The notes under the pieces were generated by a model. The model was not told where the DNA came from and did not search any database. It saw nothing but the letters and a program-made list of their open reading frames with translations. The position numbers and the translations under genes are program-made. A DNA stretch of 64,000 nucleotides, taken from contig CM059431.1 of the NCBI GenBank assembly GCA_030390025.1, positions 23,808,001 through 23,872,000 on the forward strand, read 5' to 3'. Positions 12,716 through 23,980 of this stretch are shown here, one piece after another. Origin of the DNA: Squalus acanthias. Taxonomy: Eukaryota. Position 1 is the first letter of the stretch. Each line of letters starts with the position of its first letter.

Positions 12716-12985
12716 TTTTCCCTTCCAAAATTGGTTGGTTTATGTAACTGATGTCCATCCACGACACCAGTTTTACACCCAGGCAGTAAGTTGAAAATCT
12801 ACACCCATGTTTAAAATAGTTTTGGAATGAACAAATAAAATGCTTTAAACAAGTATTGAATGATCGATTACAATTGCCCTCACAAAGGCTAATACTAAAA
12901 GGAGTTGAGGTGCGTTGTTGGCTTCATCCTCGTTACCATTTCCCAGCAGACTTCCCAGTATGCTTCGTGTAACGGCTGAAACTAT

Positions 12986-13706
12986 GGGCTGCATTTTAAT
13001 GGGAAAGGCGGGGTGGGGGCTTGGAAGCAGTCAGGAGTTCTGAGAGAACGGGTTTCCCGCAGGCCCTACCGAATTTAACGGCAGGGCCTGATTTGCAGGG
13101 GAAACCTGTTTCCCACCCGCAGCCAGCAAGATTGAGAGGCTGGCTGGCTCTGGGGGGGTAGGCCTGCGGCACTAGTCTGCAGAGAGGAGGGAGGGAGGGA
13201 TCGTATGGGGCCAGGGGGCGGCAGGGTCAGAAGTGATTGGGGGCCGGGACCAGCACGGGGAAGGGGTCGGGTGCAGATCAGGGGCCGGGACCAGCGTGCA
13301 GGCCGGGGTGGGGGTGAAGATCAAGGGCCGGAGGAACATTTGGGGGGGGTCGGAGGCTTTAGGCAGGAACCCTGGATCCAGGCGGTAAGAGTAAGGGCAC
13401 TTACCTCCTTAATCCAGCAGTCCTCGCCTTGCATTAGCTGACGGGTTTCACGAGGCCTGCAAAACCTGACCAGCTAAAGTTAAAATCAAAATGGAGGTAA
13501 AAGCAGAGGCTTGCAGCCTCATTATAATATTTAAATAGACAGCCCGCCTCCTGGGAGTGGGTTGGCTTCCCGCCCCCCCTGTCCCGCCTCCATTAAAACC
13601 GGAAGTGGGTGGGTTGGAGGCGGATTCTGGCCGGGATTCGTATTTTTAACACTAACTTCCCACACAACCCCAACCCACCCATTTAAAAAAAATAAAAATT
13701 CCCCCC
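12986..13706. mobile_element. GC-rich MITE with internal G-rich tandem repeats
   Basis: The ends are GGGCTGCATTTTAA and TAAAAATTCCCCCC. Units of about 41 bp (GGGGCCGGGACCAGC...GATCA) lie at 13240-13331. Confidence 0.6.
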
Positions 13707-15104
13707 ATATCTCATTGTAGGTTAGTATTCATTATTCCTATTTCATTAACAGTACCAAAGGGTTGGTCCGTGAACTAAAATGATTTTATTTCTCTTTGAC
13801 ACACTGCTATATGCAGAAGTTGGGAAAATTAGATGAGAAGTGACTTTGGTGTGTAATTGCTTCAAAATTAAATCCACAAGTTTTTTCATAAATTTACAGG
13901 AGGTTAATGCTAAGTAGCAGCAGCCTCCGGGATGGAAGTGACACTGTAGGGATATGTGTGGATGTAAGAAATATGCACAACTGTGTAATGCTGACTATTC
14001 GGAATGTGGGTATTTCTAATTCAATAAATGACAGATAGACAATGACATCACAGGCATGAAGCCAGCAAATACTGGAGCAGCAGGTAATTCCCAGTCAGAT
14101 GAGTAATGTTCTGTAACTTGGCACCTTTGTTCATTTAATGTTCAAAGAATATCCATATGTATCTTGAAATGCACAGATACAAGTTGCAGGAGGAGTCTGG
14201 CACAGGAAAAATGTGCAGTAACAAAGACTTATCGATGCCTCCTTCAGTGTGTTGGATTTCATGATCATTAGTTTTCTACACATTACAGAGATTCCTCCAT
14301 AAATCGGATGTGGAGTTCTGTAATGCGCACATCTGGAAAGAGCAGGGACTATGCTTAATTCAAATATTTGATGACGCTTGCTGTGGTTGAACAACTTTTC
14401 TGAGCCAGTTGAACCCAGAGAAGGCAGGCTTCAAATAACCTCCTATCTGTGTCCGTCAGTTCAGTCTTATGATGGGAAAAATTCTTCAAATTGTGCTTGG
14501 GTTTATAGTGGTTTTTCTAGTTATATGGGAGGGTAGTTGTGGTTTATCCGAATGGAGTTTGCTGTTTATTTCTTCTTCAACGTTTAATTATTGTTGTGCT
14601 GACTATAATTTAGACTGACTTTGAAGTTTTGTATATTGTAAACACTTGAGTTTTGTTGCGTGCATTAAGGCTGAGGTTTGTCCATTCGGTTATATTAACT
14701 GTTCTGAGGAAGAAAAGCTTTGGCTTTTTTGCTAATCCAAGGGGGCTCCATTCTAAAGTCATGCTTTTAAGCCAGCCGGAATTCCAGTATCCGTGCCTTG
14801 TAGGAGACAAATGCATGCTTGCAATCGTCTACCTGCTGAGTCGCTGATCTCATCTGTGCTACTGTAGGGAAGCACAAGCAAGAAGACAATGATAACTGGA
14901 TGGAGAGTTCCCCAGGCTGCTCTCAAGCACCTCCTCATGGTGGGTTCCAGAGAGGCACGAGGGAAATTCTCCGGCTAGGTTTGTTCTGGCCAGAAATGAA
15001 GAATGGCATGAAGGAAAATGGGAGAAAATGGTTTTGCTGGAGACAAAACTCAAAAAACCATGTGTATGCTGTAGAAATTAAGATTCGATATTCTCTTGTA
15101 GTTT

Positions 15105-15520
15105 CATAGAATTTACAGCACAGAAAGAGGCCATTCGTTCTAACTGGTCTATGCCGCTGTTTATATTCCATGAGCCTCCTCTCTCTATAATTGCCTCTTT
15201 CCACGCTGTCCCCATATCTCTCTTCCTTTCTCCTTCATGTATGCATCAAGCATCCCCTCAAATGTGCCAATGCTATTTGCTTCAACCATTCCATGTGGCA
15301 GCGAGTTCCACATTCTCTTAAAATCCCTCCTGAATTCTTTCTTTGATCTGTTAATGGCTATCTTATATTTACAACCCCCCCCCCCCCCCCCCCCCACCCT
15401 TTGTTCTGTACTCGCCTGCAAGTGGAAACAGTTTCTTCATGTCTACCCTATCGAACCCCTTCATAATTTTAAAGACTTCTGGCGGGGCTCCTCTTTGTCT
15501 TCTCCTTTCCAAAGAGCAGA
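15105..15520 (-). mobile_element. CR1 LINE 3' end
   Basis: The ORF reads RMWNSLPHGMVEANSIGTF, and the tail CATAGAATTTACAGCACAGAAAGAGGCCATTCG is on the + strand. Confidence 0.8.
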
Positions 15521-15941
15521 GGTAAGTGCATTTATATAATCTGTTTCATTTATATAATTCAGAAAAACAAAGCAGAAGAACATTGTTACTGTAGCAGCAA
15601 TAACAACATGCAATTTTATAGGGCTTCTGTTGTAATGCAGTGTCCCAAAACACTTCACAGAGGTGACAGCCAGACACTACACGGTGGTAGAAAGAAGGTT
15701 AGAGAAGGTGACTGAAGGCATGGTTAGAGAGGTAGGATTTTGAAGATGTTTTTGAAGGAGTGGGAGGTAATGAGGTGGAAAGATTTAGTGACAGCGCACC
15801 ACAGTGCAGGGAATGCAAAAGAGGCTGGAGTGCGAAGAACAGGTGGCATGTAAGGCTGTTGGAAGTTGGAAAGGTAGGGAGGGGCAGAGGAGTGTATGGA
15901 CTTGAAAATGAGATCCAGGATTCTAAACTAAATGCTTTGGG

Positions 15942-16284
15942 CCTTTTTTTGATCCGCCATTAAGGGTTGCCCCAAGGTCACCAAACAAGAATCATCACAA
16001 CCAGTGACCCTTTTGGGGCAACACTAATAGAGGAAAGAAACATATGGTCCAATCAAACTAAAAGAAGCCAAAATAAGCAACAAAGTCCCAACAAAGCAAA
16101 GAGACCCTCTCCAACTAAATCATAATGTTATCAATGTCTATAAGACACTCTATACCCTGCGGTGCCCATCGGTCGCGGAAGACATCCACCATCTCCAGAA
16201 CCATCTGGGCACGGACAAAACCGCAGAAAAGAGGCAGGCAGCCAGAGTGATTCCTTCCCCCCCCAATAGGCCCTGCCTGGACTT
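15942..16284 (-). mobile_element. 5'-truncated Tx1/L1-group retrotransposon with a 16-bp TSD, inserted in a decayed L2-like fragment (about 15600-16500)
   Basis: The direct repeat AACTAAATGCTTTGGG is at 15926-15941 and 16285-16300. The minus strand encodes CLPLFCGFVRAQMVLEMVDVFRDRWAPQGIECLID*, resembling the Tx1 ORF2 C-terminus. A short A-tail is present. Confidence 0.7.
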
Positions 16285-16499
16285 AACTAAATGCTTTGGG
16301 GGTTGGGGAACCATTGGGACTTGATGAGTGCAGGGGTATTGTAGAAATGGGACTTGGGTCAGGATAGGATGTGCTCAGTGGAGTTCTGGATGAGTTGCTG
16401 TTTTTGGAGATCGGCAGTTGGAAGGCTGACCAATAAAGCATGGAGTAATTGAGCCTAGGTGAAGGTGTGAATTGGGGTTATAGTGGGAGTGAGGCAATT

Positions 16500-16980
16500 A
16501 GGGTAAACCAATTTTGTCAACTGCCAACTCGGGGAAACCTGGCGGCTAAAGGGAGGCGAGGACTGCTGTCTGGAAGCGGTAAGTGCCTTTCCAGCACTGC
16601 TTGTGGGCCAGGAGGAGCTGGAGTGCTTCCCACCCGGCCCCCAAGCAAACCCGTTAACACCCCCACCCTGCGATCACCAACCCCATGCCTCCCGCTCCCC
16701 CCTGCGCGTGATCACCCCCCGACCAATGTTCTCTTTAAGCTGCGCAGGCATGCAGCACTCTAGAGGTCCCGCACAGCCGGTGAGCCGGTTTTTAAATGGA
16801 AGAACTGCGCATGCGCTGAATTCTGTTAAAGGGGTCACGCGAGCTTAAAAAATTAGAGGGTACTTTGCCCCCGCCCCCACAATGTCTCTCTGACTCCCCC
16901 GCCCGCCCGCGATCACTCCCGATCCTCTAAACCACGCTATACCCACATCTGGAAATCCTGCTCCAGTAAATATCGAGGCC
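16500..16980. mobile_element. GC-rich MITE remnant hosting a hAT MITE
   Basis: The right end is AATATCGAGGCC|AAT. The motif GGAGGAGC(T/A)GGAGTGC is shared with the 56789-57635 element. The left boundary is uncertain. Confidence 0.45.
16724..16867 (-). mobile_element. Short hAT MITE (CAATGTTCCCT family), copy 1
   Basis: TIRs CAATGTTCTCT/AGGGTACTTTG, 8-bp TSD CCCCCGAC/CCCCCGCC, and TGCGCATGCGC at 16806-16816. Confidence 0.75.
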
Positions 16981-18085
16981 AATGAGTAAGTTTCCTTTCT
17001 CTGTTCCCCTTCTCTTTCCACCTCTTCCCTGCAAAAAAAAAATACAATTATCAGTCAGTCTGGGTAACCAGCTTATGTACTTTAAACAATTATAAGATCT
17101 TAACCTATTTTAACTGTTGGCTGTCTCATAATCATATGTGATATGTTCCTTTCCAAAATGGCAACTGTTTACATCCTATTCATGCATATGTTACATTATA
17201 TGTATCAGCAACTCAAAAAGCTTTGTTAAAGATTTTTTTATTTCTGTTGTGAGGTGCAGTGAATTGTTCTAGTGTGCATTCGGGAATGCCATAGCATTGT
17301 GTCATGCCTGTGGTTCCCTGTAAATTGAGTCCTGAATCTACCTTGTAAAAGAATATACTGAGCTGAGACCAAGTGATTTCCAATAGAATTTAAGGGTGAC
17401 CAAAGTTGAGAGAATTAAAAATTGTTCTGGATTGTTCTTGAATTTTCTTACTGGCAAGTTGTGCAGCAGGAGTGCCCTTGGCACAGTTTGTTGACTGGGA
17501 AAGGAACGCGGGGCAAGAAATCGAAATCCAGTCAAACACTTCTTAATCCTTTTTTGTATTTTATTTTTACACTGTCTTAGATTCTTTACATTAGATCATA
17601 AGTCTGTAAATTGTTTGTCCTTATATAGTAATTTTTCACCATGGTAATGGAGCATTTTGGGAGTACTTTTTGTCAGAATTGCTCATTCTAGTTTTTACTG
17701 TTGTAACCTATTTGTACCCCCACACTTGTGGTGAAAGACAGTTGAATATATTTCAACGGTCTCTGCTTTGCATAAACCAATCAACTGTGAAATCTAAAAT
17801 CCTTCCCTATCTCTCTCTGCCTTGTTCCTTGCAACTAAATACTAAATTAGCTGTATGACAAATCTTTAGCTTGTAATTCACCATCACTGTAAAGAGTTAA
17901 ATACAAGTTGCTTTGTCAAATTTTAAACCGCCAGTGTGTAAAGTAGTTCAGTGATTATTAAGGTAGTGCATGCTTGTTCCTCATTTAGGGGATTTCCAAT
18001 ATGGTGGTGAAATACCTCTGGAGAGAAGTGAAAATCATCTTGCATAGTTATGGAGTACCTCAATAGTAGATGTGTTGGAGTCATA

Positions 18086-18728
18086 GGGCTGGATTTTGAT
18101 ACTGGGGCGGGTTGGGGTCGTGTTATCCACTTTTCGTGTTATCCACCCGACTGCAATTGGATGTGGGAGATTGATGCGATTTTCACCTAATTGGGCAATT
18201 GAGTTCCAGCATGTGGGAACACATGACCCAATTAGTGTTTTCAGTCTGAAAGTCGCCTCTGATGATGTCATCATTGCTGCTGCATTGAAGGTCTGCAAAG
18301 ACTGCCTGGCCTTTGCTGTGACAGGACCTGGATGCAAAATGAGCAGCAGCAGCCCTAAGTCTGCTCCCAGATATTTTTGCACCACCACTCCCAGCTATGT
18401 CTCCCTTGCACCACCACTCCCAGATCAGCCAGCGTCAGCTATCCAAATGTGCTCCCGCCAGGTTTCACATTCGTGGTTCAGAACAGGCGTGCTTCACGTA
18501 GAAAAAGGGTTAAAATCACAAAGGCCGTTCAAAATGGCATTATAGGGGCAATTTAGTGCTTGTTAAGGGCCTTAACAGCCTATCCCGCCTCTTAGAGTCG
18601 GGACCAGCAGACATGATTTAATGAAAATTGCGTGGAGGCAGGCTTGTGCCCGCCCGCCAGTTTTTGCAATTTTAACCCCCCCCACACGCCTCCAAACCCG
18701 CCTCCACGGGCCAATGAAAATCCAGCCC
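18086..18728 (-). mobile_element. MITE with GGGCTGGATTTT TIRs (copy 2), ATA TSD
   Basis: ATA|GGGCTGGATTTT...AAAATCCAGCCC|ATA. It is the inverted homologue of 9400-10114. Confidence 0.85.
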
Positions 18729-19030
18729 ATAGTGTGGAATGTGGCTATGTGTTTGTGTCCAGTCTTTCACATGTTGAGTTCTTTACATTAGCCCCATCAC
18801 TGTAGGAAAAGTGGAGAGTTGGATGTTGGGCATTTCCCTGCAGAGTATGAAGGTGAACTGTCCATTGCTAAACTTTTATTTGTTTTGGTCATGTTACCAT
18901 GTCCTGCTGTTCTACGCTCCCACGCATGTAACAATTTTGTTTGGCTCCAATTTTCATCCCTCTTCTACTCTACCACCTCCTTGAGACATTGCCTCTTTGC
19001 TGGAACACTCCTTCAAAGATGTTGTGTGCC

Positions 19031-20818
19031 ATTACATAGGATTATATAGGCACAGAAACAGGCCATTCGGCCCAACCAGTCCATGCCGGTGTTTATGCTC
19101 CACACGAGCCTCCTCCCGTCTTTCCTCATCTAAATCTATCAGCGTAATCCTCTATTCCCTTCTCCCTCATATGCTTGTCTAGCCTCCCCTTAAATACATC
19201 TAGACTTTTCGCTTCAAGCACTCCCTGTGGTAGCGAGTTCCACATTCTCACCACTCTTTGGGTAAAGAAGTTTCTTCTGAATTCCCTATTGGATTTCTTG
19301 GTGACTATCTTATATTGATGGCCTCTAGTTATGCTCTTCCCCACAAGTGGAAACATTCTCTTTGTATCCACTCTATCAAAACCTTTCATAATTTTAAAGA
19401 CCTCTATTAGGTCACCCCTCAGCCTTTTTTCAAGAGAAAAGAGACCCAGCCTATTCATCCTTTCCTGATATGTATACCCTTGCATTTCTGGTATCATCCT
19501 TGTAAATCTTCTCTGCACCTTCTCCAGTGCCTCTATATCCTTTTTATAATATGGCGACCAGAACTGTACGCAGTACTCGAAGTGTGGTCTAACCAAGGTT
19601 CGATACATGCTTAGCATAACTTCACTACTTTTCAATTCTATCCCTCTAGAAATAAACCCTAGTGCTTGGTTTGCTTTTTTTATGGCCTTGCTAACCTGTG
19701 TCGCAACTTTTAGTGATTTGTGTATTTGTACTCCGATCCCTTTGTTCCTCTACCCCACCTAGATTCGCACCCTCCAAGTAATAAGTGACCTCCCTATTCT
19801 TCCTACTAAAATGTAATATCTCATTTATCTGTGTTGAACTTCATTTGCCAATTATATGCCCATTCTGCAAGTTTATTAATGTCCTCCTCCGTATTGAGTA
19901 TTCTACCCCCCCCCCCCAATTTGGTGTCATCCGCAAGTTTAGAAATTGTGTTTTTGATTCCAAAGTCTAAATCGTTAATATAAATTGTGAACAACAGTGG
20001 TCCCAGCACTGATCCTTGTGGAACACCACTACCCACCTTCTGCCACTGTGACTAGCTACCCTTTACTCCTACTCTCTGCTTTCTGTCTTGAAGCCAGCCA
20101 GCAATCCATTCTGCTACTTGTCCCCTGACTCCACATTCTCTGACCTTGTTCATCAGTCTATTATGGGGTACCCTATCGAAGGCCTTTTGAAAATCTAGAT
20201 AAATTACATCTACTGCATTACCATTGACTACTCTCTCTGTTACCTCTTCAAAAAATTCAATGAGGTTGGTCAAGCAAGACTTTCCCTTTTGAAATCCATG
20301 CTGACTATTCATTATTATATTTTTGGTTTCTAGATGTTCTTCTATTTTCTCCTTTAGTAGGGATTCCATTATTTTTCCTACCACCGATGTTAAGCTGACT
20401 GATCTATAATTCCCTGGACATGTTCTATCCCCCTTCTTAAATATAGGTATTATGTTAGCTATCCGTCAGTCCTCTGGCACTACACCTTTTTCTAACGAAT
20501 TATTAAATGTGTAGTAATGCCTATGCTCTCTCTTCCCTTGATTCTTTTAAAATGCGTGGATGCAATCCATCCGGACTAGGGGTTTTATCCTCCTTTGAGT
20601 TTGATTAGTTTATTTAATATATCCCCTTTTTTTATTTTAAATGCACTTATCTCATTACTCATCTCATCATCCAATGTCATGTCCACCTGTTCTATCTCCC
20701 TGGTAAATACTGAAGCAAAATAATTATTTAATATTTCTGCCATCTCTCTATCGTTACCTGTGCTGTTATCCTGTCTATCTCTTAATGGCCCTATTCCCAT
20801 CCCAACCTTCTTTTTTTT
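19031..20818 (-). mobile_element. CR1 LINE, 5'-truncated (about 1.8 kb), frameshifted reverse transcriptase
   Basis: ORF pieces read [50 protein letters not shown] and RPHFEYCVQFWSP..RMWNSLP. The CR1 3' tail is at 19031-19120. Confidence 0.93.
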
Positions 20819-22582
20819 ATTACAGTGAGTGCTGAGAGTCTATTTGACTAGGATAGGAGTGGGGAACTACAGGTGGAGGAATCGCAACTGATCCCAATCT
20901 TGTCCTTGCCCTTCGTCCACACATATACTTCCAGCAGGAGTTGTTGGATGGTGCTCCGAAGCAGCAATCCTGGCCTATTTTCTCTAATTTCTCTATTTCT
21001 CTAACCCAGGGGTGACGAGGTCAGTTTTGGAACCAGAGCTCCCGCTGTGGCTGAGAATGGACAACTTGGCAAAGACTGCAGATTCAGTGTGAACCTTGCT
21101 GATCTATATGGCTCTGTGGTTCAATGGTTGAACTTGCTGAGCCATCAGAGGAGCATACCAGCACATTACATTCTTCTTTGATTCACTACTGCAATAAGTT
21201 GTGATTCTGTGAGGTCCTACTTCAGTCCCCATTTTCCTTGATTGTGATTTCACAAAGAAATGGCAACAGTAGAAGAAGTTTTAACAACAGTGTAGAGCTG
21301 CATTGGCAGAGGTCTGAAAGCAGGTTAACAACCTTTTTGTGAAAGAAGGATTTGAATAAGGAACACTCATTAAAGGGGTGATGTTAAAGTTGGGGGAAAG
21401 TACTGAGTGGGGTGCCTCAGGGCTCGGTGCTGGGACCACTGCTGTTTCTAATTTACATAAATGACATGGATTTAGAAACTCGGTACAGAGTGGATAGATG
21501 AACTAAAATGGGGTTTCGTTATATATAATAATCTTGAATTGATGTAGATTTGAGCGAACCAAAAAAAGAAAAGGGGCAAAATATATTTTAAAGAGGCAGT
21601 TTCATCCTTGCCAAAAAAAAATCAACGTTAAGATATTGCTGATTCTAATAATCCCTTATTAAAATTGATACTGGTAAACACACAAACCTATCCCACAAAT
21701 ATAAGCTACTCAAGCAGCCCTAAGATTTGTGAAACATTTGTTTAAAATTTACTTGTGGAATAAATGTAGTGCTCAGTGATTCACCATTGAGCATCATTCT
21801 ATGTTCTGTTTCTGTGGAAGGTGGTGAATTCCTTTAGAACTCGTCATACAAGATAATTGTATATCCTGTGAGGTCCTAACTTCAATGCCAGTTATCCCAT
21901 GACTGTGCCATCAAGAGAAGTGGTGGCAATAAAACGTTTTAACTATGTATAGTAAAAACCCTTCCTTGGTAGCAATTACATAGCAGTAATTCAATCTCGA
22001 GTCCATTGATGAGCAGTTTGTTTGAGCTTTGTTTCTGTGATTTTTACACTTAAACCCCTTGATTGGAATTATGATCAACTAATGGCCACATATATCCTTT
22101 AGAAATACTCTACTGGCTGGTTTTGAATAGCTTACAACTTTGTATTTAGTGTTCAGCACTTCCCCATGAGTGAAATAAGTTAGACATTCAAAGGTTTTTC
22201 CGTTGAGTAATCAAATAATACGATGTGCTTTAATCTATTAAAAGCTGTAATTTTTGAACAAGTGATGGATCCTGTGGTAACCAGCAAAATGTCTTGCATA
22301 GTCTTGTACCCGCATTGGTTTTATAAGCCACTTAAAACTTCAGGATGTTAAGATCAGTTTGTCTTGCAAATTTTTGAAAGATGCTGTTGTCCAGATACCA
22401 ACGTTTTGCACAGTGTGGTAGTAAGACATGGATAGTGCTTTGCAAACTTGCATACACTCTTCAGTCTCAGAAGTAGATACCTGGCTTTTCTCAGAGGTCA
22501 GTTTGGAGATGGTTCGAATTGACAGAAGTCTGGGGATAGTTGCCTGCCCTTTTGTGTGAGGACAGCACCATCAAATTTGGAG

Positions 22583-23980
22583 GAGAACATAGGAATAGGT
22601 GTAGGGCATTCAGCCATTCAATTAGATCATGGCTGATCTGTACCTCAATGCTATTTACCTGCCTCTCCTCCATATCCCTTAATACCCTTACCTAACTATC
22701 TCAGTTTTTGAATTTTTCAATTGACCTGGCCTCAACAGCTTTTTGAGGTAGAGAGTTTCAGATTTCCACTACCCTTTGTCTGAGGAAGTGCTTCCTGACA
22801 TCGCCCCTGCATGGCCTAGCTCTAATTTTAAGGTTATGCCCCCTTGTTCTGGACTCTGCCACCAAAGGAAATAGTTTCTCACTAACTACTCTATCAGATC
22901 CTTTAATCATCTTCAATGCCTCCGTTAGATCACCCCTTAATCTTTACTCCAGGGAATAGAAGCCTAGTCTATGCAACCTGTCCTCATAATTTACCCCTTT
23001 TAGCCCCGGTATCATTCTGGTGAATCTGTGCTGCACCCCCTCCAAGGCCAATACAGGAAACTTTCGTTTATCCGGCACTCAAATATCCGGAATTCTCGCT
23101 TAACCGGCAAAAATCATCCTCCGAAAACTCCTCTCAAATAACCGGCAATGTTGCCGAGTCGCAGTCGAGTCTCCGCGAATGCCGAGTGCTCCGAAAACTC
23201 CTCTCAAATAACCGGCAATGTTGCCGAGTCCGAGTCCGCGAACGCCGATTTAGTCAGTAGGGGTACTTTTCAAAAGTGCCACTACTCGGCCTCCTGGCGC
23301 TGTCGCAAGTCCGAAACACTGCAGTAGCATGAGTAGATTCTCCCGCGCTGCCTGGAGTCTCTTTGTTAAAAATAGCCTCGGTAGATATAACTCTCCGTTA
23401 TCCGGTACTTTCGATAAACCGGCACCACGCCGGTCCCGTCGATGCCGGATAAACGAAAGTTTCCTGTATATCCTTCCTGAGGTGCGATGCCCAGAACTGA
23501 ACGCAGTCACTCCAGATACAGTCTAACCAGAGCTTTATACAACTGTAGCATAACTTCCACCCCTTTATATTCCAGCTCTCTCGAGATAAAGGCTAATATT
23601 CCATTAGTCATTTCAATTATTATTTGTATCTGTTCCCTAGCTTTCAGTGATTTCTATACATGCATCCGTAAATATCTCTGCTCCTCCACAGTTTCTAGCT
23701 TCTTACCATTTAGAAAATACACTGATCTTTCCTTCTTAGATCCAAAGTGGATGACCTCACACTTCCCCACATTGAACTGCAGATGGCAGTTTTGGCCACT
23801 CACCTAATCTATTAATGCCCCTTTGCACATTTCTGCTCCCATCTACACCACTTATTGCGTCACCTGACTTAGTTTTGTCAGCAAACTTGGATATACGGCT
23901 CTCTATTCCTTCATCTAAGTCATTGATAAATATAGTGAAAAACTGAGGCCGCAGTACAGGTCCCTGGGAGACACCATAGA
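22583..23980 (-). mobile_element. CR1 LINE 3' portion interrupted by a pogo/Tigger-like MITE
   Basis: The tail GAACATAGGAATAGG..GATCATGGCTGATCT is on the + strand, and RT remnants are present (reverse of PQGPVL..PQFFTIFINDL and ADKTK). Confidence 0.85.
23054..23466 (+). mobile_element. Tc1/mariner (pogo/Tigger-like) MITE, copy 1
   Basis: TA|CAGGAAACTTTCGTTTATCCGGCA...TGCCGGATAAACGAAAGTTTCCTG|TA gives a perfect 24-bp TIR and a TA TSD. Confidence 0.92.

Noticed and set aside
18035-18545. ORFs of 117-149 aa that also appear at 9832-10192
   Set aside because: The shared peptides arise because both lie in copies of the same MITE. There are no transposase motifs.
19031-20818. Possible active reverse transcriptase gene
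   Set aside because: It is 5'-truncated, split by frameshifts and stops, lacks the endonuclease domain and has LADD in place of F/YADD.
23119-23230. Repeat-spacer-repeat pattern reminiscent of CRISPR
   Set aside because: There are only two units, inside a TA-flanked MITE in a vertebrate intron, and no cas genes. It is a simple tandem duplication.
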